Of a DNA stretch of 64,000 nt, positions 38,019 through 50,613 are shown one piece after another (the first letter of the stretch is position 1; every line of letters begins with the position of its first letter). This DNA is from Paraspadella gotoi (lineage: Eukaryota; Animalia; Chaetognatha). A model generated the notes under the pieces. That model was given only the letters and a program-made list of their open reading frames with translations, did no database searches and was not told where the DNA came from. Location of the stretch: assembly GCA_051294375.1 (NCBI GenBank), contig JBJCIZ010000239.1, positions 3,886,402-3,950,401 of the forward strand. The letters run 5' to 3'. The position numbers were made by a program, and so were the translations under genes.

Positions 38019-39073
38019 NNNNNNNNNNNNNNNNNNNNNNNNNNNNNNNNNNNNNNNNNNNNNNNNNNNNNNNNNNNNNNNNNNNNNNNNNNNNNNNNNN
38101 NNNNNNNNNNNNNNNNNNNNNNNNNNNNNNNNNNNNNNNNNNNNNNNNNNNNNNNNNNNNNNNNNNNNNNNNNNNNNNNNNNNNNNNNNNNNNNNNNNNN
38201 NNNNNNNNNNNNNNNNNNNNNNNNNNNNNNNNNNNNNNNNNNNNNNNNNNNNNNNNNNNNNNNNNNNNNNNNNNNNNNNNNNNNNNNNNNNNNNNNNNNN
38301 NNNNNNNNNNNNNNNNNNNNNNNNNNNNNNNNNNNNNNNNNNNNNNNNNNNNNNNNNNNNNNNNNNNNNNNNNNNNNNNNNNNNNNNNNNNNNNNNNNNN
38401 NNNNNNNNNNNNNNNNNNNNNNNNNNNNNNNNNNNNNNNNNNNNNNNNNNNNNNNNNNNNNNNNNNNNNNNNNNNNNNNNNNNNNNNNNNNNNNNNNNNN
38501 NNNNNNNNNNNNNNNNNNNNNNNNNNNNNNNNNNNNNNNNNNNNNNNNNNNNNNNNNNNNNNNNNNNNNNNNNNNNNNNNNNNNNNNNNNNNNNNNNNNN
38601 NNNNNNNNNNNNNNNNNNNNNNNNNNNNNNNNNNNNNNNNNNNNNNNNNNNNNNNNNNNNNNNNNNNNNNNNNNNNNNNNNNNNNNNNNNNNNNNNNNNN
38701 NNNNNNNNATATATCAGTTGGCGTTTTTAGTCATCAAGATTTATCGCCGGGGGAGATTACAAAGTAAATACAAAAATTTCAAAATTACTTGTTTCATTAA
38801 AGTATATCAAATTAAACCAAATTTTTTAAAAAAGATTATAAAAAAGTTTAACATATTTTACGTGAGTATTAAATTTAATTTATTAGATTTGAGAAAATTG
38901 CAAAATAACTTGTTTTACTAGACTTAATTTTAAAACTATATTAATACAATGTAATGGGGAGAGGGATTGTCTTCCGGAACTCGGGTTTAAAAAAGGTTAA
39001 CGACTCCTTCCCGCCAGTTCTCTCATTAGATATTAAGCAATTTTCTCACGTAGCGACTCCCTCTCGTTCTCAG

Positions 39074-39259
39074 GTCTTCTACGACGGTTGCGAACTCCGT
39101 TGCTACTGTCGGGCGGGCAAGGTCCACTGCACTCAACGCTGTCCGCCCACGCTGGCGCCGCCGGGGTCGGACGGCTGCAAGCCCGTGAGGAACGTGCCGG
39201 AGGGAGAGTGTTGCCCGGTGTGGGAATGTCAACACATCCCGAAGACCTGCATATTTCAG
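39074..39259 (+). CDS. VWC-repeat protein exon (VWC5)
   Basis: TCTCAG acceptor; VFYDGCELRCYCRAGKVHCTQRCPP...GECCPVWECQHIPKTCIFQ; CAG|GTTGGT donor. Confidence 0.9.
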
Positions 39260-40366
39260 GTTGGTGGGTTGACTGGGTTAAGGGTTTTAAGGAGGTGGAG
39301 CGAGGTTTTGAGGGAAAGTGAACCAGTGACTTGAGTAGTGAGTACTCCCGACGCAACTAAATAGACATTGTTCCTCAGTTTCGGCTCTGTGGCTATTTAA
39401 TAAAGCCATCAGTTAATGACCACTTAAGGTATTGCAAAAGGACTGCCGTGCCTTTAAAGTCTAGGGAAACCCCAAGACCAGATAGGTCAAGTCTGTTTGA
39501 ATATATTAAGTTTAAATATGAATGTATGTATTATACATACAAATCAAGAAAAACAGTCGGAGGAAAATTTTTTGGTTTGAAAAAACGGGATATATTTGTT
39601 TTTTCGTTTAAACTGTGACCCGAGATAAAAGCTGCAATATGCAAATTGGTTGAACGAATTCATGAGGAAAGTGAGAGATAAAGAGAGAGAGAGAGACAAA
39701 GACAGATCGAGAGAAAGAAAAAAGAGAGAAACAAAGAGAGAAAGAGAGAGAGAGAGAGAATATGAATATGAATATGAAATTAGAACAAACCGGGCGCAAT
39801 TTACTGTGCCCATGAGGTCATTTCGTTTACGAAAACTAAGTTATGTAAAAAAGTTCAACATATTTTTTTTAAAACTCATTAAATGACATTTTTAAAACGT
39901 TGAAACATCCAAATTTAAGAACTATGTACAGATTTCAAATTGTTAGTTACGTGATACTAAAAAAAGAAAAAAATTTAATCAAAATTACTAAAAAGAATGT
40001 TAAAGAGCTACAGACTGGTAAAACTTTATGACGGGATTATGAACCAGTTTAAATAATAGAAATTAACTCAATTTCAGATCAACAAAGTAATATTGACGAA
40101 AAAAAAAAAGAGAGAGAGAGAGAAAAAGCAGGACAGAGGAGAACGAGAAGTGAAGAAGTGAGGGAAGAGCGAGAAAGGAGAGTGAGAGGATGGAGCGGAA
40201 GAGGGAGAGACTATCGAGGTCCGGCGATCAGATATCGCCAGAGAGACAATGCAGGGCATTAGAGAGAAGAGAAGAGAGAGGAGAGGAGGAGGAGAGACTT
40301 CACTCCCCTTCCCTTCCTCTCTTCCCAGCGGCGTCCAATACATAGAGGGCGACCGCTGAGGAGAGA

Positions 40367-40404
<38 letters not shown>

Positions 40405-40433
40405 CACTCCCCCTTCCCTTCCTCTCTTCCCAG

Positions 40434-40574
40434 GGCGTCCAATACATAGAGGGCGACCGCTGGAACGACGGTTGTGATCGTCGATGTCTCTGCATGGACG
40501 GACGCGTCGAGTGCATGAACATGTGTCCGGAGACGCACGTACGGCCCTCGCACAGCTGTCCGAACCCGGTTAAG
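40434..40574 (+). CDS. VWC-repeat protein exon (VWC6)
   Basis: TCCCAG acceptor; GVQYIEGDRWNDGCDRRCLCMDGRVECMNMCP...SCPNPVK; AAG|GTGAGG donor. Confidence 0.9.
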
Positions 40575-41008
40575 GTGAGGCGAAGGATTTGGGTGGGTTT
40601 TGGGAGAGTGTTAGGGGCGCGAGGGGTGTGGGGGGGGGAACTGAGGGTAAGAAGGCTTTATTAATCGAAAGCCTCCAGTTTTTGTTGTTGTTTTTTTTTA
40701 ATCGGAAGAATGGATTTGAGGATTTTAAATCAAATTTTTTTTTCATTCTTGTACTTTCTTTTTCTTTTTCTTCCCTCTTCCCTTTTTCTTCCTTCATTTT
40801 CCTTCTTCCTCTCTTATCTTCGTTTCCATTTTTTTCCTTTTTTACTTTCGTTCCCTTCTTCCTCCCTTTCCTCCTTTCTTTTTTCTCCTTACCCCTTTTT
40901 TCCTTTCTTTGCTTTCTTTTCCTCCCTCACCCATTTTGTTTACCCTTTTCTTTCTTTACCTTCTCTCTCCTTTCCTCCCTCGCCCCCCTCTCTCCCCCAC
41001 CTTTCCAG

Positions 41009-41179
41009 GTAACCAAACCCGGGAAATGCTGTCCGATCTGGGAATGTCCGTGCGACTCCAAATGCAAAGTGAACGGACGCGAGAGGGAAGACGGGGACGT
41101 ATGGACAGAGGGATGTCAAAAGAAATGTCGGTGCGTCGCTGGAATCGTGGATTGCGTGAGCGTTTGTCCACCGATACAG
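41009..41179 (+). CDS. VWC-repeat protein exon (end of VWC6, VWC7)
   Basis: TTCCAG acceptor; VTKPGKCCPIWEC...CKVNG...EGCQKKCRC...CVSVCPPIQ; CAG|GTTCGT donor. Confidence 0.9.
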
Positions 41180-41246
41180 GTTCGTCCGATTGATTGACTG
41201 ATAGTGTGATTGACTGATCGAATGATTGGTCTCTCTCTCAACACAG

Positions 41247-41714
41247 GTCATAAACTCTCTCCAATGCCTGAACCCGATCAAACACGAGCAAGGCTGCTGC
41301 CCGATCTACGAATGCCCCGCGCCCACTTCGGCAGTCTGGCCGCCAGGTTCCGGCGGCGGAGTCGGCGGAGGAGGAGGCGGTCCCGGCGGCGGAGGCGGCG
41401 GCGGCGGACTCATCGGCGTCGGCGGCGGAACGTCCGGCGGAATCGGCCAATCCGGAAGCGGCGTGACCGGAACCAACGGCGGACGCTTCGGCATCACCAT
41501 AGACCTACGGCCTTGCGTTCTCGGAAGCCCCAACTGCTTGCCGGGAGGTTACGACTCCCACGGCAAGCCCTGCGTATTGGGCACGGTCGGCTGCAGACCG
41601 GCCGGCTGTCCGCCCTGCCCGAACGGCGGACAGACGCCCAAGTGTACGTACCCGCTGCAAGTCCAGAGGCCGGGAATGTGTTGTCCGATGTGGAAGTGCG
41701 TGCAGTATTATTAA
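41247..41714 (+). CDS. VWC-repeat protein last exon (end of VWC7, poly-Gly, two two-Cys repeats, half-VWC, stop)
   Basis: ACACAG acceptor; GCCPIYEC, Gly tract, GITIDLRPCVLGSPNC, GYDSHGKPCVLGTVGC, GMCCPMWKCVQYY-TAA. Confidence 0.9.
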   Translation, partial: VINSLQCLNPIKHEQGCCPIYECPAPTSAVWPPGSGGGVGGGGGGPGGGGGGGGLIGVGGGTSGGIGQSGSGVTGTNGGRFGITIDLRPCVLGSPNCLPGGYDSHGKPCVLGTVGCRPAGCPPCPNGGQTPKCTYPLQVQRPGMCCPMWKCVQYY

Positions 41715-43454
41715 AGAGAGAGGGATGGAGAGAGAGATGAGAGAAGGAAGAGAGGGAGGGAGAGAGAGAGAGAGAAGAGAAAGAGGGAGAGAGAGCAGAG
41801 GAAGGAAAGAGAGGGAGAGAGGAGGGAGAAAAAGAAGTAAAAACGAAAAAAAAACTTTCATAAGCAAAAGGACATCACGAAAGTCAAATTAAAAAAAAAA
41901 ATTAGTATTATCACGATTTAAGGCTTCATTAGCTAATTTCGACGGGGGACATCGCAAAGCTACCTGTTGAAAATAAACTGGAGCAACTAGTTGGAGCTCA
42001 AGATTTACTTAGTGGAGCGGATCGACTGGAGCGAAAAGAATTTAAAAAAACAAAAGACACTGAAAACAGAAACAACAGACCTGCGCAGTATTAACCCAAT
42101 TATCGAGAGCCAAAAAAAAGTTAACGAAAAAGAAAGTCAATCCAAAACAAAAGTCAAACGAAGGGAGAAAAAAAAACAAACCAAAATAAAACAAAACAAA
42201 ACAGAAAAAAAACAACTTCTTTTTTAGCATAATTTTTTTTTCTCTGAAAATTTTATTTTTTATTTTGAAATCTATTTGTTTTTTTGTTTTTTTTGACTCA
42301 TTGATGCCTTTCACTGCCAAACTGTAAATTCAATCTTTACTAAAAAAATATACACTCGTCGCGATAGTCAGATATATTGAAAATTTTTAACAGCTCAAAA
42401 ACCCAGTAAACCAGCCCCCTCCCCCTCAAAAAACTCTACCCAGTGTCCAAGAAAAAAAAAGCTATGAGGTTTTTAAAAAAAATCTTTTCATCAACCCTTT
42501 TTTTTTTTTAATTTTTCCCGTCATTTTTTTATTTTGTGTTCATCTCTTAAACTCTTCTACATTTTATAAAATGTCCGCTATGTCTTATTTTCATTTTGTA
42601 AGATTTTTTTTCAAAAAAATAAATATATACAAACTGACTCCGGCCGTTTTATTCTCGGCCCTAATCACCCTTTAATGCGATATTTTTCCCGAACTTGTAA
42701 TGTCTCATTTTGTATGTAAATAATTTTGTAGTATTGTAGTTTTTTTGTTGGTCGTGTATTAAAACTTAAAGCTGAGATACTTCTTAAACGGCGGAATTTT
42801 TTTTTTCAAACAAGATAAACTTTTTTTGTCAATTTAATTTAAATGAAAAAAAAAAGAGTTGTATACATTTACTGGATAAGAAATGAAAACGTTGCTCATT
42901 ATTTTTTTGAAATGTGAATAATTTTTACATCTTAATTCTAATTTTCCTGTTCATTTTTTCTCCCTATGTCTCCCATTCATTTTTCTCTTCCTTTTTTCCT
43001 TTCATTTTCTTATTTTTAATTCTTCTTTTCATTCTCTCCATTTTTCTCTTCATTTTTCACCTCACAAACAATCCGCATTTCATATTTTCCTCCGCAAGTC
43101 ATTCTCCCATATTAACATTCACTCGGTTAAGAAAAGTGATTTTTGCTGTGATTTTCTGGCGCCAAAAAATAAAAAAAAAATCCCAAACTAAAAAAAAAAA
43201 AGAAAACGTCCGAAAAACTAAAAAAAAAGAGTTTTTATTTTTCACCTTAAAATTTCATAATTAAATTTGAAAGTAGTGAAGCTAAGTTAACAGAGATAGC
43301 TAATACTTAAGGCAGTTGCTTTTTACCATTGATACAGTTCACTTCATTGATAGAGAAGCCAAATATTAAACTTGACCGTGAGAGAGTCTTGATTGAAAGC
43401 TTGCAGAGACCTGCTGCGTTATTATCATGTAAGAGTGATGGAGGCCTTAAACCA

Positions 43455-43608
43455 CCATAGACTGTCCAAAGTCAGGGGCAAGAAAGATTATTATTCAAAT
43501 GAATATATCATTTTCATATTGGCTGGCAGGTATTATAGCAATTAAGTGAATATTCAATCATTTTATTCAATAAACAATTATCCCCCTGACTTTTGACAAT
43601 GGACTGTG
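43455..43608. mobile_element. Small MITE-like inverted-repeat element (inverted copy at about 46357-46515)
   Basis: TGTCCAAAGTCAGGGG ... CCCCTGACTTTTGACA inverted pair about 130 bp apart. Confidence 0.4.
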
Positions 43609-43988
43609 CTGTAAGATTTCAATAATGACTCTCTCTCAGTCTAGTTTATTAACTCACTGGGTTTAGTTAAATAAATTCACATGTAACCATGGTAACAAGA
43701 GTTAATTCGTTCGCTCGAGGGGAAGAGGGGAGGAAGGGTGGTCATGTGATGGTGTGAGATTTCTTTGGTGAGAAATATCGATTTTTTTTTATCGTACATT
43801 CATCGATTATTTTTTTTAATATTGATCAGTTTATATAGTTCTATTTTCTTTTAGCGAGTCTTCGCCACATTTAGCGAATAAGTTTCGTCATTTAGCGAGT
43901 CTCCGGCGAGTACTCGCGATCTTCTTTAAGAAGAAAACGGCTAGGTTCTTTTTTTTTCCGGATGAAAAAGTAACCCTTTCCTTTTTTT

Positions 43989-44210
43989 GGCCCTCTTTTC
44001 CGAAATGGGCCCATTTCAGAATTTAATTTGTTTTTATGTTAAATAATTAAGTTATGAGTTCGAGAAATGTAGAAGGTCAGGGTTTAGAGTTAGGAATAAA
44101 GGTTAAGGATAAGATAAAATTTTCTATCCAAAATTTAGAGTTCAATATTAGTACTTTAATTAAGGAAAAGTAATAGGAATGAAAATAAGCGCTCTCGGAA
44201 AATAGCGCCC
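43989..44210 (+). mobile_element. Short MITE with TTAGGG-like core (inverted copy 45758-45980)
   Basis: GGCCCTCTTTTCCGAAATGGGCCCATTTC ... AAGCGCTCTCGGAAAATAGCGCCC termini. Confidence 0.6.
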
Positions 44211-44245
44211 TTTTTGATTTCTAGTATATATATTTTTCCACTCCG

Positions 44246-44324
<79 letters not shown>

Positions 44325-44559
44325 CTCTTTTCTATCTCTCTCTCTCTCTCAACCCCGATTGCTAATTTGTTTACGGTCAGTTTTCGCCCGCCTCCGCGAG
44401 AGGCGCCTTTTTCCCTAGAGGCTCGTATTCCGCCTCTCCTATCTCTCCCGACATCCGCCCCCCCTCCGCCCCCCCCCGCCCCCCCCGCCTATTCTAAACC
44501 ACTTCGCGGTCGGTCGGTCTGTCGTTTCTTAGAAGATTTTTGAGCGCTTGGCTATTTTG

Positions 44560-44648
<89 letters not shown>

Positions 44649-44984
44649 GCCTGTTTTTTTTTCGGGGTGAAGGAAAAGGTTTATGAACTTTGTTCCTATG
44701 GAAAGTCGTCGTCGTCGTCGTCGTCGTCGTCGTCCTTGCTATTTTTCAATACTGATCAGAAAAAGCGATTACATTTAGGTATCTATTACGTTTTTTATCA
44801 TTAAATTTATTCATTTACATACATCATTGTTTAAGTCGCGTTACTGCAAATGCTCGTTTGGCATTCTTTAATTATTTCAGGTGAGTCGTTTCATGACGGT
44901 CACTTTGAATTTGCTCGACTAGATAGTATAANNNNNNNNNNNNNNNNNNNNNNNNNTCTCACTCTCGCTCTATCTCTCTCTCTC

Positions 44985-45030
<46 letters not shown>

Positions 45031-45324
45031 ATCTCTTAATACTATCTAGTCGAGCAAATTCAAAGTGACCGTCATGAAACGACTCACCTGAAATAATTAA
45101 AGAATGCCAAACGAGCATTTGCAGTAACGCGACTTAAACAATGATGTATGTAAATGAATAAATTTAATGATAAAAAACGTAATAGATACCTAAATGTAAT
45201 CGCTTTTTTCTGATCAGTATTGAAAAATAGCAAGGACGACGACGCGACGACGACGGACGACGACTTTCCATAGGAACAAAGTTCATAAACCTTTTCCTTC
45301 ACCCCCGAAAAAAAAACAGGCGCT

Positions 45325-45408
<84 letters not shown>

Positions 45409-45639
45409 CAAAATAGCCAAGCGCTCAAAAATCTTCTAAGAAACGACAGACCGACGACCGACCGCGAAGTGGTTTAGATAGGCGGGGGGGGGGGGGGGGG
45501 CGGAGGGGGGGCGGATGTCGGGAGAGATAGGAGAGGGCGGAATACGAGCCTCTAGGGAAAAAGGCGCCTCTCGCGGAGGCGGGCGAAAACTGACGCGTAA
45601 ACAAATTAGCAATCGGGGTTGAGAGAGAGAGAGAGATAG

Positions 45640-45719
<80 letters not shown>

Positions 45720-48245
45720 GGTCGGGTGGAAAAAATATATATACTAGAAATCAAAAAGGGCGCTATTTTCCGAGAGCGCTTATTTTCATTCCTATTACTT
45801 TTCCTTAATTAAAGTACTATAATTGAACTCTAAATTTTGGATAGAAAATTTTATCTATTCCTTAACCTTTATTCCTAACTCTAAACCCTGACCTTCTACA
45901 TTTCTCGAACTCATAACTTAATTATTTAACATAAAAACAAATTAAATTCTGAAATGGGCCCATTTCGGAAAAGAGGGGCCAAAAAAAGGAAAGGGTTACT
46001 TTTTCATCCGGAAAAAAAAGAACCTAGCCGTTTTCTTCTTAAAGAAGATCGCGAGTACTCGCCGGAGACTCGCTAAATGACGAAACTTATTCGCTAAATG
46101 TGGCGAAGACTCGCTAAAAGAAAATAGAACTATATAACTGATCAATATTAAAAAAAATAAATCGATGAATGTACGATAAAAAAAAATCGATTTTCTCACC
46201 AAAAGAATATCACACCATCACATGACCACCCTTCCTCCCCTCTTCCCCTCGAGCGAACGAATTAACTCTTGTTACCATGGTTACATGTGAATTTATTTAA
46301 CTAAACCCAGTGAGTTAATAAACTAGACTGAGAGAGAGTCATTATTGAAATCTTACAGCACAGTCCATTGTCAAAAGTCAGGGGGATAATTGTTTATTGA
46401 ATAAAATGATTGAATATTCACTAATATTTGCTATAATACCTGCCAGCCAATATGAAATGATATATTCATTTGAATAATAATCTTTCTTGCCCCTGACTTT
46501 GGACAGTCTATGGTGGTTTAAGGCCTCCATCACTCTTACATGATAATAACGCAGGCAGGTCTCTGCAAGCTTTCAATCAAGGACTCTCTCACGGTCAAGT
46601 TTAATATTTGGCTTCTCTATCAATGAAGTGAACTGTATCAATGGTAAAAGCAACTGCCTTAATATTAGCTATCTCTGTTAACTTAGCTTCACTACTTTCA
46701 AATTTAATTATGAAATTTTAAGGTGAAAATAAAAACTCTTTTTTTTTGAGTTTTTCGGACGTTTTCTTTTTTTTTTTTAGTTTGGGATTTTTTTTTATTT
46801 TTTGGCGCCAGAAAATCACAGCAAAAATCACTTTTCTTAACCGAGTGAATGTTTAATATGGGAGAATGACTTGCGGAGGAAAATATGAATGCGGATTGTT
46901 TGTGAGGTGAAAAATGAAGAGAAAAATGGAGAGAATGAAAAGAAGAATTAAAAATAAGAAAATGAAGGAAAAAAAGGAAGAGAAAAATGAATGGGAGACA
47001 TAGGGAGAAAAATGAACAGGAAATTAGAATTAAGATGTAAAAATTATTCACATTTCAAAAAAATAATGAGGCAACGTTTTCATTTCTTATCCAGTAAATG
47101 TATACAACTCTTTTTTTTTCATTAAATTAAATTGACAAAAAAAGTTTATCTTGTTTGAAAAAAAAATTCCGCCGTTTAAGAAGTATCTCAGCTTTAAGTT
47201 TTAATACACGACCAACAAAAAAACTACAATACTACAAAATTATTTACATACAAAATGAAGACATTACAAGTTCGGGAAAAATATCGCATTAAAGGGTGAT
47301 TAGGGCCGAGAATAAAACGGCCGGAGTCAGTTTGTATATATTTATTTTTTTGAAAAAAAATCTTACAAAATGAAAATAAGACTAGCGGACATTTTTATAA
47401 AATGTAGAAGAGTTTAAGAGATGAACACAAAATAAAAAAAATGACGGAAAAATTAAAAAAAAAAAGGGTTGATGAAAAGATTTTTTTTAAAAAACCTCAT
47501 AGCTTTTTTTTTCTTGGACACTGGTAGAGTTTTTTTGAGGGGGAGGGGGCTGGTTTACTGGGTTTTTGAGCTGTTAAAAATTTTCAATATATCTGACTAT
47601 CGCGACGAGTGTATATTTTTTTAGTAAAGATTGAATTTACAGTTTGGCAGTGAAAGGCATCAATGAGTCAAAAAAACAAAAAAACAAATAGATTTCAAAA
47701 TAAAAAATAAAATTTTCAGAGAAAAAAAAATTATGCTAAAAAGAAGTTGTTTTTTTCTGTTTTGTTTTGTTTTATTTTGGTTTGTTTTTTTTTTCTCCCT
47801 TCGTTTGACTTTTGTTTTGGATTGACTTTCTTTTTCGTTAACTTTTTTTTGGCTCTCGATAATTGGGTTAATACTGCGCAGGTCTGTTGTTTCTGTTTTC
47901 AGTGTCTTTTGTTTTTTTAAATTCTTTCGCTCCAGTCGATCCGCTCCACTAAGTAAATCTTTTGAGCTCCAACTAGTTGCTCCAGTTTATTTTCAACAGG
48001 TAGCTTTGCGATGTCCCCGCGTCGAAATTAGCTAATGAAGCCTTAAATCGTGATAATACTAATTTTTTTTTTAATTTGACTTTCGTGATGTCCTTTTGCT
48101 TATGAAAGTTTTTTTTTCGTTTTTACTTCTTTTTCTCCCTCCTCTCTCCCTCTCTTTCCTTCCTCTGCTCTCTCTCCCTCTTTCTTTCTCTCTCTCTCTC
48201 TCCTCCTCTCTTCCTTCTCTCATCTCTCTCTCCATCCCTCTCTCT

Positions 48246-50613
48246 TTAATAATACTGCACGCACTTCCACATCGGACAACACATTCCCGGCCTCTGGACT
48301 TGCAGCGGGTACGTACACTTGGGCGTCTGTCCGCCGTTCGGGCAGGGCGGACAGCCGGCCGGTCTGCAGCCGACCGTGCCCAATACGCAGGGCTTGCCGT
48401 GGGAGTCGTAACCTCCCGGCAAGCAGTTGGGGCTTCCGAGAACGCAAGGCCGTAGGTCTATGGTGATGCCGAAGCGTCCGCCGTTGGTTCCGGTCACGCC
48501 GCTTCCGGATTGGCCGATTCCGCCGGACGTTCCGCGCCGACGCCGATGAGTCCGCCGCCGCCGCCTCCGCCGCCGGGACCGCCTCCTCCTCCGCCGACTT
48601 CCGCCGCCGGAACCTGGCGGCCAGACTGCCGAAGTGGGCGCGGGGCATTCGTAGATCGGGCAGCAGCCTTGCTCGTGTTGATCGGGTTCAGGCATGGAGA
48701 AGAGTTTATGACCTGTGTTGAGAGAGAGACCACATCATTCGATCAGTCATCACACTATCAGTCAAATCAATCGACGAACCTGTATCGGTGGACAAACGCT
48801 CACGCAAATCCACGATTCCAGCGACGCACCGACATTTCTTTTGAACATCCCTCTGTCCCATACGTCCCCGTCTCCCTCTCGCGTCCGTTCACTTTGCATT
48901 TGGAGTCGCACGACATTCCCAGATCGGACAGCATTTCCCGGGTTTTGGTTACCTGGAAAGGTGGGGAGAGAGGGGGGGCGGGGAGGAAAGGAGAGAGAAG
49001 TGTAAGAAAGAAAAGGGTAAACAAAATGGGGTGAGGGAGGAAAAAGAAAGCAAAGAAAGGAAAAAAGGGTAAGGAGAAAAAGAAAGGAGGAAAGGGAGAA
49101 GAAGGGAACGAAAGTAAAAAAGGAAAAAAATGGAAACGGATAAGAGGAAGAAGGAAAATGAAGGAAGGAAAGGGAAGAGGGAGAAAAAGAAAAGAAAGTA
49201 CAGAATGGAAAAAAAATTTGATTTAAAAATCCCTCAAATCCATTCTTACCGATTAAAAAAAAACACAAAAAAACTGGATGGCTTTCGATTAATAAAGCAT
49301 TCTTACCCCATGGTTCCCCCCCCATCACCGACTTCGCGTCCCGCCCTACAGCACTCCCAAAACCCACACAAATCCTTCGCCTCACCTTAACCGGTCGGAC
49401 AGCTGTGCGAGGGCCGTAACGTGCGTTTCCGGACACATGTTCATAGCACTGCGACGCGTCGTCCATGCAGAGACATCGACGACACAACCGTCGTTCCAGC
49501 GGTCGCCCTCTATGTATTGGACGCCCTGGGAAGAGAAGGAAGGGAAGGGGAGTGAAGTCTCTCTCTCTCTCTCTCCTCTCTCTCTCGTCCTTCTCTCTCT
49601 CCTCTCTCTCTCTCTCGTCTTCTCTCTCTCTCTTTCTCTTTCTCTCTCATTTTCTCTCTTTTGTTTCTCTCTTTCTACATCCTTTCTCTTCTTTTTCTTT
49701 CTCGATCTTCTTTTCTCTCTTCTCTCTCCTCTCGTTCTCGGTCATCTTTCTTCGTCTCTCTCTCTCCTCTCTCTATCTCCTCCCACACTTTCCGCTCTCC
49801 TCTCTTTCTCTTTTCGCCTTTTCTCTATGTTTTTCCCCTCGTCCTCTGTCTCCCACACTCATCTCCTCTCCTCCTGCTCTCTCTCGCTCCTCCGCCTTAC
49901 CTGACTTATCATAATTTAAAATTTGCATATTGCAGCTTTTATCTCGGGGTCACAGTTTAACGAAAAAACAAATATATCCGTTTTTCAAAACCAAAAAAAT
50001 TTCCTACCGAACTGTTTTTTCTTGATTTGTATGTATAATACATACATTCATATTAAACTTAATATATTTCAAACAGACTTGACCTATCTGGTCTTTGGCT
50101 TCCCTAGACATTATAAGGCACGCAGTCCTTTTGCAATCTAAGTCTTAATGATGGTCTGCATACACATGATTAAGCTGTTTCACACCTGTGCATGGCTATC
50201 TCCAATGTGCCTGACTAGTGCAGTAGAAGTGTGCTACAGCAGCCATGGACGCCGATAAACATGCTTCTGGAGAGGACACCTGGGTGCGCCGTAAAAACCA
50301 CTCTTATGACAACGATGGAACTTCTATTTAGTTGCGTCGGGAGTACTCACTACTCAATGTCACTGGTTCACTTTCCTCAAAACCTCGCTCCACCTCCTTA
50401 AAAACCCTTAACCCAGTCAACCCACCAACCTGAAATATGCAGGTCTTCGGGATGTGTTGACATTCCACACGTCGGGCACACTCTCCCTCCGGCACGTTCC
50501 TCACGGCTTGCAGCGTCCGACGCACCGGCGGCGCCAGCGTGGGCGGACAGCGTTGAGTGCAGTGGCCTTGCCCGCCCGACAGTAGCAACGGAGTTCGCAA
50601 CCGTCGTAGAAGA
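48246..50613 (-). other. Inverted, frameshift-ridden copy of the last four VWC-gene exons (assembly/haplotype duplicate or partial pseudogene)
   Basis: Reverse complement of 39074-41714; upstream exons are absent beyond 50734. Confidence 0.75.

Noticed and set aside
40295-40360. Duplicated acceptor and exon start as an alternative exon
   Set aside because: Absent from the inverted copy (49500-49560) and embedded in noisy GA-rich sequence; probably a local assembly stutter.
44375-44890. GC-rich patch and CAG|GTGAGT as the first exon of another gene
   Set aside because: No ORF or downstream exon can be linked; it ends at a gap.
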